64,000 nucleotides of DNA, from NCBI GenBank assembly GCA_016932255.1, contig JAFGDE010000009.1, forward strand, positions 66,114 through 130,113, read 5' to 3'. Numbering within the stretch: position 1 is the first letter of the stretch; every line of letters begins with the position of its first letter. This DNA comes from Candidatus Saganbacteria bacterium. Its GTDB lineage: Bacteria > Margulisbacteria > WOR-1 > O2-12-FULL-45-9. Positions 1-9,405 of the stretch are shown here, piece by piece. The notes beneath the pieces were generated by a model. That model was not told the origin of the DNA. It did no database searches and saw nothing but the letters and a program-made list of their open reading frames with translations. The translations under genes and the position numbers were made by a program.

Positions 1-31
1 CCAGGTTCATCGAAGAGCATTTCGGCGGCTA

Positions 32-433
32 ATGGGTAAACGATCTACTTCCCGCCGTTTGGCCATGCAAGCCCTGTACCAGTCCGAGCTGGCCGGCTCT
101 GATATCGAGACATCGCTGAAAAACATCACGGAAAGCGAACAGTTCATCTCCGAAACGATCGAATTCGCATCCAAGCTGGCCCGGGCCGCCTGGGGAGAGA
201 AAGACGACCTTGACCAGAAGATCAGCTCACTGGCGATCGACTGGCCGCTGGATCGCATCGGCAAGGTTGACCGCAGTATCCTGCGCCTGGCGCTCAAGGA
301 ACTCGACCTGAAGGAGACCCCGCAATCCGTGGTCATCAATGAGGCCGTTGAGCTGGCCAAGAAGTACTCGGGCGAGGAATCAGCCAAGTTCATCAACGGC
401 ATCCTCGGCGCCTATGTAAGAAAAACGAAATAG
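32..433 (+). CDS. nusB: transcription antitermination factor NusB
   Basis: 133-aa ORF. RRLAMQALYQ near the N-terminus and AKFINGILG near the C-terminus are typical of NusB. The ATG overlaps a preceding stop (TAATG). Confidence 0.9.
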   Translation: MGKRSTSRRLAMQALYQSELAGSDIETSLKNITESEQFISETIEFASKLARAAWGEKDDLDQKISSLAIDWPLDRIGKVDRSILRLALKELDLKETPQSVVINEAVELAKKYSGEESAKFINGILGAYVRKTK

Positions 434-455
434 ACCGACACTGAAAGCGTCGGTC
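433..455 (+). terminator. stem-loop just after the nusB stop (GACCGAC-N9-GTCGGTC), no U-tract
   Basis: Perfect 7-bp inverted repeat read directly from the sequence. No T-run follows, so terminator function is uncertain. Confidence 0.3.
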
Positions 456-502
456 CCTCAGAACTGAGACATTTAGCCTCGAGTTATGCGGTCCATGATA
501 TA

Positions 503-531
503 TTGTTTTACCCCTGAAAATATGGTAAAAT
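503..531 (+). promoter_or_regulatory. sigma70-type promoter upstream of the rib genes (TTGTTT-N17-TGgTAAAAT)
   Basis: -35-like TTGTTT at 503-508, a 17-nt spacer, and an extended -10 TGgTAAAAT ending at 531. It lies about 70 nt upstream of the ribE ATG. Confidence 0.45.
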
Positions 532-599
532 TGCCCTTTGTATCCCGACGCTTTGGTCGGGATCCCGTAACACAAGATTCTAATTAATAAGGAGAAGGG

Positions 600-1259
600 A
601 TGTTCACAGGGATCATTGAAGAACTGGGTATCGTTACTTCGATCATCCGCGGATCTTCCGCCGGCAAGTTGACCCTGTCGGTCAGCAGGAACCTGGCCGC
701 TGCCAAGGTCGGCGACAGTATCGCGGTAAACGGCGTGTGCCTGACAGTGGCCAATATCCGCCGCAATTTCCTCGAGTTCGACCTTTCCTCTGAGACCATG
801 AAGCGTTCCACCTTCAGTGAAACAAAGATCGGCGACAAGGTCAACCTTGAGCGGGCCCTGCCGATGACCGGCAGGCTGGGCGGCCATATTGTTAGCGGTC
901 ATGTTGACGGCATGGGGGAGATCAGGAAGAAGCTGGCTAAAGGCAAAGGTTTTGAGCTTTACCTCTCACTGCCTTCAGAACTGCTGCGCTATCTGGTGCC
1001 GAAGGGTTCGATCACGATCGACGGCATCAGCCTGACCGTGGCCGACCTGCGCGGCGGCCTGGCCCTTATCTCACTGATCCCGCAGACCGCCAGTGCCACG
1101 ACCCTAGGGTGGAAGAATGTTGGCGACCGGGTCAACGTTGAGGTCGATATCCTTTCCAAATATATCGAACGCCACCTCAAGGGCGAGCTGAGCAAAGGCA
1201 TGACCGAGGAGGTCCTGACCAAGGGCGGCTATCTGCCCATGGGCTGGATCGAAAATTAA
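600..1259 (+). CDS. ribE: riboflavin synthase (alpha chain)
   Basis: 219 aa starting [10 protein letters not shown], with the duplicated lumazine-binding repeat ([13 protein letters not shown] / [12 protein letters not shown]). AAGGAGAAGGG Shine-Dalgarno sequence upstream. Confidence 0.92.
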   Translation: MFTGIIEELGIVTSIIRGSSAGKLTLSVSRNLAAAKVGDSIAVNGVCLTVANIRRNFLEFDLSSETMKRSTFSETKIGDKVNLERALPMTGRLGGHIVSGHVDGMGEIRKKLAKGKGFELYLSLPSELLRYLVPKGSITIDGISLTVADLRGGLALISLIPQTASATTLGWKNVGDRVNVEVDILSKYIERHLKGELSKGMTEEVLTKGGYLPMGWIEN

Positions 1260-1272
1260 CGCAAAACTAAAA

Positions 1273-2565
1273 ATGCAAAACGCGAAACCAAGGTTTAATA
1301 TCATAGAAGAAGCCATCGAAGCGATCGCCAACGGCAAGATGGTCATTGTGGTCGATGATAAGGACCGTGAGAACGAGGGCGATCTGATCATGGCCGCGGA
1401 AAAGGTCACGCCTGAAGCGGTCAATTTCATGATCTCCAAAGGCCGGGGACTGGTCTGCGTGCCTATGACGGCCGAAAGACTGAATCAACTGGACCTGCCT
1501 CAGATGGTCGACCGCAATAGCGAGCCGATGAAAACGGCCTTTACCGTGTCAGTCGACGCGGCTAAGCAGCACGGCGTAACGACGGGCATTTCTGCCGCGG
1601 ACCGTGCCCGGACGGTCGAGGTCCTGATCAACCCGAACTCTGCCAGCGCTGATCTGGTCAAGCCGGGGCATGTTTTTCCCCTGCGGGTCTGTCAAGGTGG
1701 TGTGCTCAAGCGCGCCGGACATACCGAAGCCGCGGTCGACCTGGCGCGTCTGGCCGGGCTTTACCCAGCTGCGGTCATCTGCGAGATCATCAATGACGAC
1801 GGCAGCATGGCGCGCACCGGGCAATTGCTCGATTTTGCCAAAGAGCACGGGCTGAAGATCGTGACCATCGCCGACCTGATCTCCTACCGGATGAAGAAGG
1901 ATAAATTGGTCCGGCGGTTATCGGCTACCAGGCTGCCGACACGGTACGGTGATTTCATGGCCTATGGTTATGAAGATCTGCTGACCGGGGACCATCATGT
2001 GGCTCTGGTCAAGGGCAAGGTCGAAGGCAAGGAGAATATCCTGGTCCGTGTCCATTCCGAATGCCTGACCGGAGATGTTTTCGGCTCCTGCCGCTGCGAC
2101 TGCGGCGAACAGCTGCACAAGGCCATGGAAAAGATCGAGTTTTGCGGCCAGGGCGTGATCCTGTACATGAGACAGGAAGGCAGGGGGATCGGGTTATCCG
2201 ATAAACTGCGGGCGTATGAACTGCAGGACCAGGGAGCTGATACGGTCGAGGCCAACCACGCGCTGGGCTATGAAGCTGACCTGCGCGATTACGGCATCGG
2301 CGCCCAGATACTGGTCGATCTGGGCCTGTCCGCGATCAGGCTGATAACCAATAATCCAAAGAAAATAGTAGGGCTGGAAGGCTACGGTCTCAAGGTAAGC
2401 GAGCGTGTGCCTATAGAGATAGAGCCCAATTCATATAATCAGAAATATCTTGAGACCAAGCGGGCAAAGCTTGGACATATGCTCAAGGAGCCGGAGGGTA
2501 CAACCCCGGCTAAGGAGGTAAAGGACCATGGCAAAGATCATCGAAGGGAATCTGGACGCAAGTAA
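1273..2565 (+). CDS. ribBA: bifunctional 3,4-dihydroxy-2-butanone-4-phosphate synthase / GTP cyclohydrolase II
   Basis: 430 aa. The N-terminal half matches DHBP synthase (DRENEGDLI) and the C-terminal half matches GCH-II ([18 protein letters not shown]). Its tail overlaps the ribH start. Confidence 0.93.
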   Translation: MQNAKPRFNIIEEAIEAIANGKMVIVVDDKDRENEGDLIMAAEKVTPEAVNFMISKGRGLVCVPMTAERLNQLDLPQMVDRNSEPMKTAFTVSVDAAKQHGVTTGISAADRARTVEVLINPNSASADLVKPGHVFPLRVCQGGVLKRAGHTEAAVDLARLAGLYPAAVICEIINDDGSMARTGQLLDFAKEHGLKIVTIADLISYRMKKDKLVRRLSATRLPTRYGDFMAYGYEDLLTGDHHVALVKGKVEGKENILVRVHSECLTGDVFGSCRCDCGEQLHKAMEKIEFCGQGVILYMRQEGRGIGLSDKLRAYELQDQGADTVEANHALGYEADLRDYGIGAQILVDLGLSAIRLITNNPKKIVGLEGYGLKVSERVPIEIEPNSYNQKYLETKRAKLGHMLKEPEGTTPAKEVKDHGKDHRRESGRK

Positions 2566-2986
2566 ATTAAAATTCGGGGTCATTGTATCGCGGTTCAATG
2601 AACTGGTGAGCAAGGGCTTGCTGGACGGGGCGCTTGACTGCCTCAAACGGCACGGCGCCAAGGAGACCGGCATTGACGTGATCTGGGCGCCCGGCGCCTT
2701 TGAGATCCCGTTGATCGCCAAAAAGGTGGCCAAGGAATATGATGCGGTCATCTGTCTGGGCGCGGTCATCCGGGGCAGTACGCCTCATTTCGAATATGTG
2801 GCGTCCGAAGCTGCTAAAGGCGTGGCCAAGGTCTCGCTTGACAGCGGTGTGCCGGTAATTTTCGGCATCCTGACCACGGACAACCTGGATCAGGCGCTGG
2901 AGCGCGCTGGAGCCAAGCCGGGCAACAAAGGGTTTGCCGCGGCGATGACGGCGATCGAACTGGCCAATCTGAACAAGGAACTATAA
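2528..2986 (+). CDS. ribH: 6,7-dimethyl-8-ribityllumazine synthase
   Basis: 152 aa. [10 protein letters not shown] and WAPGAFEIP segments are typical of lumazine synthase. GGAGG Shine-Dalgarno sequence upstream. Confidence 0.93.
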   Translation: MAKIIEGNLDASKLKFGVIVSRFNELVSKGLLDGALDCLKRHGAKETGIDVIWAPGAFEIPLIAKKVAKEYDAVICLGAVIRGSTPHFEYVASEAAKGVAKVSLDSGVPVIFGILTTDNLDQALERAGAKPGNKGFAAAMTAIELANLNKEL

Positions 2987-3023
2987 AGGACCGTTCTAAA
3001 AAGGCGGTAGAAAGGGCAGGATA

Positions 3024-4124
<1,101 letters not shown>

Positions 4125-4128
4125 ATTG

Positions 4129-4163
4129 CGAAATACGAATGGCGAATGACGAATCGATCAATC
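4129..4163. repeat. 7-nt-periodic mini-repeat (CGAAATA CGAATGG CGAATGA CGAATCG ATCAATC) spanning the gcvPB start
   Basis: Read directly from the sequence: four CGAA-NNN heptads followed by one related unit. The gcvPB ATG (4139) lies inside, and no Shine-Dalgarno sequence is present. Confidence 0.6.
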
Positions 4164-5632
4164 ATGATGAGCCGTTGATCTTCGAGAAATCATCTCCCGG
4201 CCGCAAGGCTTGTTCATTGCCGGCGGCGGATGTGCCGGAACAGAAGATCGAAGAGCTTATTCCCCGGGATCTATTGCGAGACGAACTGAACCTGCCGGAA
4301 CTTTCCGAACTGGATGTGGTCCGCCACTTTACCCGACTGTCCCAGAAGAACTTCGGTGTTGATTCGGGTTTCTATCCTCTCGGCTCCTGTAGCATGAAGT
4401 ACAATCCCAAGGTCAATGAAGACATCGCCGGAATGCCAGGCTTTACCGAGATCCATCCCCTGCAGCCGGCAGAGCAGGTCCAGGGAATACTGGAGCTGCT
4501 TTATAATTTCGAAAAATATCTCTGCGCTTTGTTCGGCTATGACGCGTTCACTTTTCAGCCGGCGGCCGGGGCGCACGGCGAGCTTACCGCCTTGATGATG
4601 ATCAAAGCATATCATAGTGAGCAAGCAGCAAGTGGAAAGTCGAGCGCGGAACACAGGAATATTATTATAGTCCCGGATTCTTCCCATGGGACCAATCCGG
4701 CCTCTGTTTCCATGGTCGGCTACCAGACAAAAGTGGTCAAGTCCAACGGCCGGGGCAATATCGATATGGCGGACTTGAAGCAGGCGGTCGGAGAGGATAC
4801 TGCCGGCCTGATGCTGACCAATCCCAATACTTTAGGCTTGTTCGACGAGCATATCCTGGAGATCGCTGAAACTGTCCACAAAGCAGGCGGCTTGCTTTAT
4901 TATGACGGGGCCAATGCCAATGCCACGCTGGGCATCTGCCGCCCGGCCGACCTGGGTTTTGACGTGGCGCACTTTAACCTGCACAAGACGTTCTCGACCC
5001 CGCATGGTGGCGGCGGCCCGGGTGCCGGGCCGGTCGGCGTCAACAAAAAGCTTGAGCCCTTCCTGCCTGTGCCAAGAGTTATCAAGAAAGGTTCCGATTT
5101 TCTATTTTCGATTGTCGATTTTCCAAGATCGATCGGCCGCGTCCACGGCTTCCACGGCAATATTAATGTGATAGTTAAAGCTTATGCTTATCTCAGGAGC
5201 CTGGGAGCTGAAGGTTTGAAGGATGTGGCTGAGAACGCAGTGCTCAACGCTAATTACGTGATGAACCGGCTCAAAGAATATTATTACCTGCCTTATGACC
5301 GCACCTGCCAGCATGAATTTGTGATCTCGGCCAAATGGCAGAAAGAAAAGTACGGGGTCAAGGCGCTGGATATCGCTAAACGTCTGCTGGATTACGGCTT
5401 CCATCCGCCGACCATTTACTTTCCCTTGATCGTGGAAGAGGCGCTGATGATCGAGCCGACAGAAACCGAGTCCAAGGAAACTTTAGATGCTTTTTGTGAG
5501 GCTATGATTTCCATTGCCAAAGAATGTGAAACCAATCCAGATCTGGTCAAGAAGGCTCCGCATACGACTCCAGTCAAGAGATTAGATGAAGCTAAAGCTG
5601 CCCGGGAGCTGAATTTACGCTGGAGTAATTAG
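4139..5632 (+). CDS. gcvPB: glycine dehydrogenase (decarboxylating) subunit 2 (P-protein, C-terminal subunit)
   Basis: 497 aa. [10 protein letters not shown] at the N-terminus and the PLP-lysine region [24 protein letters not shown] are typical of GcvPB. Confidence 0.9.
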   Translation: MANDESINHDEPLIFEKSSPGRKACSLPAADVPEQKIEELIPRDLLRDELNLPELSELDVVRHFTRLSQKNFGVDSGFYPLGSCSMKYNPKVNEDIAGMPGFTEIHPLQPAEQVQGILELLYNFEKYLCALFGYDAFTFQPAAGAHGELTALMMIKAYHSEQAASGKSSAEHRNIIIVPDSSHGTNPASVSMVGYQTKVVKSNGRGNIDMADLKQAVGEDTAGLMLTNPNTLGLFDEHILEIAETVHKAGGLLYYDGANANATLGICRPADLGFDVAHFNLHKTFSTPHGGGGPGAGPVGVNKKLEPFLPVPRVIKKGSDFLFSIVDFPRSIGRVHGFHGNINVIVKAYAYLRSLGAEGLKDVAENAVLNANYVMNRLKEYYYLPYDRTCQHEFVISAKWQKEKYGVKALDIAKRLLDYGFHPPTIYFPLIVEEALMIEPTETESKETLDAFCEAMISIAKECETNPDLVKKAPHTTPVKRLDEAKAARELNLRWSN

Positions 5633-5647
5633 AATTACTTTGGATTA

Positions 5648-6040
5648 TTAGTAGGTGCCGGCCGTATCGACCGAACTTGGGGGGCAGGTCATACAGACAT
5701 CAGCTTGCGCTGACGGAGCAGCACCTTCCTCAACTGAAGCAGAACCTCTAGGGCTTGATCCGGTTGAACTAAGAGGGCAGATGTTATTGAATAGCTGATC
5801 TTCTGTTGGCAGATTAAGCACCTGGCCTGGATGGATCATATCAGCGCTTTCAAGGCCATTAAATTGCGCTATATAATTGGCAGCACGCACAGCTTCACCT
5901 GGCGAAGTAAGATCATAATTTTCTTTAGCGATCTGAGCCAGTGTATCGCCAGCCTGGACAGTGACAGTTCCACTTGTTGCCGTCCTCAACCGAGGTAGCA
6001 GGATAATATCTCCGATTTGTAGACCGAATACTTCTGACAT
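5648..6040 (-). CDS. LysM domain-containing protein
   Basis: 130 aa. LysM-like core VQAGDTLAQIAKENY...IHPGQVLNLP. No obvious signal peptide. Confidence 0.55.
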   Translation of the reverse strand: MSEVFGLQIGDIILLPRLRTATSGTVTVQAGDTLAQIAKENYDLTSPGEAVRAANYIAQFNGLESADMIHPGQVLNLPTEDQLFNNICPLSSTGSSPRGSASVEEGAAPSAQADVCMTCPPSSVDTAGTY

Positions 6041-6150
6041 TTAAAGTGCCTCCCGAATTAAATGAGCATCTTGTTTCTACTACAGAATATATCGTATTTT
6101 AAGCTTCTAAGCTTGCATGTTTTACCGTTCCCAGACATCGGAGAATTGGG

Positions 6151-6156
6151 TATAAT
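6151..6156 (+). promoter_or_regulatory. -10 box TATAAT lying 7 nt upstream of the ATG at 6164 (implies a leaderless transcript)
   Basis: gggTATAATaatataaATG read directly from the sequence. No Shine-Dalgarno sequence lies between the box and the start. Confidence 0.45.
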
Positions 6157-6163
6157 AATATAA

Positions 6164-6931
6164 ATGAAAAATTGGGATTTGCTGAAAAATCCAGGATTTT
6201 CCGGTTCAGATAATATGGAATATGACCTTCAGCTATTTCACGATTTTGAACATGGATCAATTCCCTCGACCCTGCGTATCTATTCCTGGCAGCCGAAATG
6301 TATCTCTTACGGCTATTCCCAGAACATCGAGCAGGAACTTGAGGTCGTTAAAGCGCGACAATTGGGCTGGGATATCGTCAAGCGGCCGACCGGCGGCGGC
6401 ATTGTCTTTCACAATGAAGCTGAAGTGACCTATTCGGTCGTGACCGCGCTTGATGACCCGAAACTTCCGGATGGCCTGATCCCATCTTACAAGAAATTAT
6501 CTGAAGCAGTTGTTTGGGCTTTGAATTCAATTAATGTGCCAGCTTCGATAAGAGCCCAGAACCTGCCTGCCGCCTGCCTGCCGGCCAGGCAGGGCAAGGC
6601 AGGCACAGAACCTAGAACACAAAACCCATCTTTATGTTTTGCCGTGCCGGCTGAATATGAGATCGTTGTTGCTGGCAGGAAGATAGTCGGCGCAGCGCAG
6701 AAACGGGGCAGGGGCTCACTGCTCCAGCAGGGCTCGATCTTTGTCCGCAGCATGGGGCAGGCGGAACTCGACCTTTTACTTGACCGCGAGCAGGCGTATA
6801 ATGCGGTCAGCGTTGAGGAAGTATTAGGTAAGAAAATTGGGTTTGAGCAACTAAGTCAGGCTTTAGAAAAAGGGTTTGAACAGGTATTAGCTATTGAACT
6901 GGAACCTGCGACTGAACGTCGCGGTTCCTGA
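6164..6931 (+). CDS. lipoate-protein ligase / octanoyltransferase family protein (BPL/LPL catalytic domain)
   Basis: 255 aa. LRIYSWQPKCISYGYSQ, KRPTGGGIVFH and GRKIVGAAQKR resemble the LplA/LipM family. It contains an in-frame palindromic insert at 6562-6603. Confidence 0.75.
   Translation: MKNWDLLKNPGFSGSDNMEYDLQLFHDFEHGSIPSTLRIYSWQPKCISYGYSQNIEQELEVVKARQLGWDIVKRPTGGGIVFHNEAEVTYSVVTALDDPKLPDGLIPSYKKLSEAVVWALNSINVPASIRAQNLPAACLPARQGKAGTEPRTQNPSLCFAVPAEYEIVVAGRKIVGAAQKRGRGSLLQQGSIFVRSMGQAELDLLLDREQAYNAVSVEEVLGKKIGFEQLSQALEKGFEQVLAIELEPATERRGS
6562..6603. repeat. nested, duplicated copy of the CCTGCCTG...CAGGCAGG palindromic element inside a CDS
   Basis: CCTGCCTG ccg CCTGCCTG ccggc CAGGCAGG gca AGGCAGG. 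It is 42 nt, in frame, and encodes LPAACLPARQGKAG. Confidence 0.7.
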
Positions 6932-6935
6932 GTGA

Positions 6936-6963
6936 GGAGCCGAGACGTTTAGTCTCAGGCTCC
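6936..6963 (+). terminator. hairpin after the lipoate-ligase-family gene (GGAGCCGAGAC-gttta-GTCTCaGGCTCC)
   Basis: Inverted repeat with a one-base bulge. A second hairpin (GGAACCtGCGAC-tgaac-GTCGC-GGTTCC, 6901-6928) covers the last codons of the gene. No U-tract. Confidence 0.35.
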
Positions 6964-6979
6964 GAACGGGAGAAGAGGA

Positions 6980-8383
6980 TTGGGCTGGGGATCAGCTTTT
7001 AAACAACTGGACGAGTACCGCTTTTTACTGCCTAAGACCTTTCAGCCGGGTATGAGGGTCGATGGTCTGGTCTACGCTGACCAGGCAATGATCGACCACA
7101 TCTTCCGCGAAAACGCCCATCTTCAAGTAGCCAACGTTGCCTGCCTGCCGGGGATCGTTGGCAAGTCCCTGGCCATGCCTGATATCCACCTTGGTTATGG
7201 TTTTGCCATTGGCGGGGTGGCGGCTTTTAACCCAAAAGATGATGGCATTATCTCTCCCGGCGGGGTGGGTTATGATATTAACTGCGGGGTCAGGGTGCTG
7301 AGGACCGATCTGGAGAAAAAGGACGTCCAGCCCAAGCTGCTCGACATGGTCGAGGCCCTGGCCAGGAACGTACCTTCAGGCGTTGGTTCGGAATCAGAGC
7401 TGGCTTTATCAGCTAAAGACCTGGACAAGATCCTGGAAACCGGATCAAGTTGGGCGGTCAGGAACGGGTACGGTACTGGTGACGATTTGGAACATACCGA
7501 GTCCAGTGGTTGTCTGGACTGGGCTGATGCGTCACTGGTATCGTCACATGCCAAGGAACGCGGCGCTTCCCAGCAAGGGACTCTTGGCTCGGGCAACCAT
7601 TTTCTTGAGGTCCAGTACATAGATGAGATTTACGACGACAAAAAGGCGCAGGAGTGGGGCTTGTTCGCGGGCCAGGTGACGATAATGGTGCATACCGGCT
7701 CCCGCGGCCTGGGCCACCAAGTCTGCACTGACTATATTAAGGTGATGAATAGGGCGGCCCAGAAGTACGGCATAAAACTGCCGGACCGCCAGCTTTGCTG
7801 CGCGCCGATATCGTCACCTGAAGGGCGGGACTACTTTGCCGCCATGGCCGCGGCAGCCAATTTTGCCTGGTGCAACCGTCAGATGCTGATGCACTGGACC
7901 AGGGAGACCTTCAGCCGCGTCATGGGAGCCTCTGCTGAGCGTTTAGGCATCAGGCTGGTCTATGATGTGGCCCATAATATCGCGAAAATGGAAAAACATG
8001 GCGGTCAGGCGCTGTGCGTTCACCGTAAAGGCGCGACCCGGGCGTTCCCGGATCAGCCTGTCCTGGTACCCGGGGACATGGGTCGCTATTCCTTCATCCT
8101 GGTTGGCACGGAAAAAGCCCTGCAGGAGACCTGGGGTTCTGTTTGCCACGGTGCCGGCCGGCTGATGAGCCGCCACGAGGCCAGCCGCAGGTATTCCGCT
8201 AGCGAGCTGATCAGCCAGCTGGAGGGCCAGGGCATCCTGGTCCGCTCAGCTTCCAGAAAGGGACTGGTCGAGGAAGCGCCTGGCGCTTATAAAGATGTTC
8301 AGAACGTGGTCAATGTGGTCCACGGATCCGGCCTTGCCAAGAAGGTCGCCCGTATGAGACCATTGTGTGTGGTGAAGGGATGA
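6980..8383 (+). CDS. rtcB: RNA-splicing ligase RtcB
   Basis: 467 aa with a TTG start. The GYDINCGVR, GSGNHFLEVQ, HTGSRGLGHQV and HGAGR motifs are characteristic of RtcB. Confidence 0.92.
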   Translation: MGWGSAFKQLDEYRFLLPKTFQPGMRVDGLVYADQAMIDHIFRENAHLQVANVACLPGIVGKSLAMPDIHLGYGFAIGGVAAFNPKDDGIISPGGVGYDINCGVRVLRTDLEKKDVQPKLLDMVEALARNVPSGVGSESELALSAKDLDKILETGSSWAVRNGYGTGDDLEHTESSGCLDWADASLVSSHAKERGASQQGTLGSGNHFLEVQYIDEIYDDKKAQEWGLFAGQVTIMVHTGSRGLGHQVCTDYIKVMNRAAQKYGIKLPDRQLCCAPISSPEGRDYFAAMAAAANFAWCNRQMLMHWTRETFSRVMGASAERLGIRLVYDVAHNIAKMEKHGGQALCVHRKGATRAFPDQPVLVPGDMGRYSFILVGTEKALQETWGSVCHGAGRLMSRHEASRRYSASELISQLEGQGILVRSASRKGLVEEAPGAYKDVQNVVNVVHGSGLAKKVARMRPLCVVKG

Positions 8384-9405
8384 GCCTGAAAGAAGCCTTA
8401 TTCTATGAACAGCTGGCTGGTGACAAGATCAAATGCACTCTATGTCCCTGGCAGTGCGTGATCATATCAGGCAGCCTGGGTATTTGCGGGGTGAGGCAGA
8501 ACCAGGACGGCAAGCTCTATTCGCTCATCTATGAGATCGTTTCTTCCATTGCCGCAGACCCGATCGAAAAGAAACCTTTGTTCCATTTTTATCCCGGCAC
8601 AAAAGTCTTGTCTTTAGGTACGTTCGGCTGCAACATGCGCTGTGGCCACTGCCAGAACTGGCAGATCGCTCACGTCAAACTGGGCAAGAACCTGCCGGCC
8701 AATGCACGCAGAGTCCCGGTCTCTGAGCTGGTCGGCCTGGCCAAAGAGACCAATTCAGCCGGCATTGCCTGGACCTATAATGAGCCGACCATCTGGTTCG
8801 AATACGCGCTTGAAGGCGCCAAAGCGGCCAAAGCAGCCGGGCTGTACACCGTTTGGGTGACCAACGGTTATATCGATCCTGAAGCCCTGGATATGATCGG
8901 CCCCTATCTTGACGCTTATCGTGTTGACGTTAAGGCGTTCAGTAACGAGGCTTATAAACGATTAGCCAGGGTCAAGGACATGCAGCCGGTGCTGGACGCC
9001 GCGATCAGGGCGAAAAAGAAATGGAACATGCATGTTGAGATCGTCACATTGGTCGTGCCCACGCTCAACGACGATAAAGAACAGTTAAAAGCTATCGCCG
9101 AGTGGATCCTCAAAGAGCTTGGCCCAGAAACGCCCTGGCACGTGACCGCTTTTATGCCTTGCCTGGAGTTCGAAAACATCCCGCCGACACCTCCGGCCAC
9201 TTTAGACAAGGCGCGCCTGATCGGGCTGGAGACCGGCCTGCGTTTCGTGTACGTGGGAAATCTACCTGGCCATAAGGGCGAGAACACCTATTGCCCCAAG
9301 TGTCAAAAACTGCTGATCGAGCGAGTGGGTTATCAGACCGGTATTGGCAAGGTGATCGACGGCAAGTGCGGTTTCTGCGGCCAGGATCTCAACATCAGGA
9401 GCTGA
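8380..9405 (+). CDS. amrS: AmmeMemoRadiSam system radical SAM enzyme
   Basis: Radical-SAM cluster motif CNMRCGHCQNW and an N-terminal CTLCPWQC Cys cluster. I chose the ATG at 8380 because it overlaps the rtcB stop (ATGA). Confidence 0.8.
   Translation: MSLKEALFYEQLAGDKIKCTLCPWQCVIISGSLGICGVRQNQDGKLYSLIYEIVSSIAADPIEKKPLFHFYPGTKVLSLGTFGCNMRCGHCQNWQIAHVKLGKNLPANARRVPVSELVGLAKETNSAGIAWTYNEPTIWFEYALEGAKAAKAAGLYTVWVTNGYIDPEALDMIGPYLDAYRVDVKAFSNEAYKRLARVKDMQPVLDAAIRAKKKWNMHVEIVTLVVPTLNDDKEQLKAIAEWILKELGPETPWHVTAFMPCLEFENIPPTPPATLDKARLIGLETGLRFVYVGNLPGHKGENTYCPKCQKLLIERVGYQTGIGKVIDGKCGFCGQDLNIRS

Noticed and set aside
1-32. 3' end of an upstream CDS (…RFIEEHFGG*), whose stop overlaps the nusB ATG
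   Set aside because: Only 10 codons are visible, too little to support a feature call.
434-599. Expected an FMN riboswitch in the leader of ribE
   Set aside because: From the putative promoter the leader is only about 60-70 nt long. It contains only short hairpins (CTCAG-aa-CTGAG; ATCCCGAC-gctttg-GTCGGGAT), and I could not find the conserved FMN core segments.
7138-7150. CCTGCCTGCCGG inside rtcB matches the left half of the palindromic element
   Set aside because: No inverted right arm follows. The 12-mer encodes the conserved ACLPG segment of RtcB. CTGCCTGCCTGG at about 25457 and about 27291 likewise just encodes LPAW.
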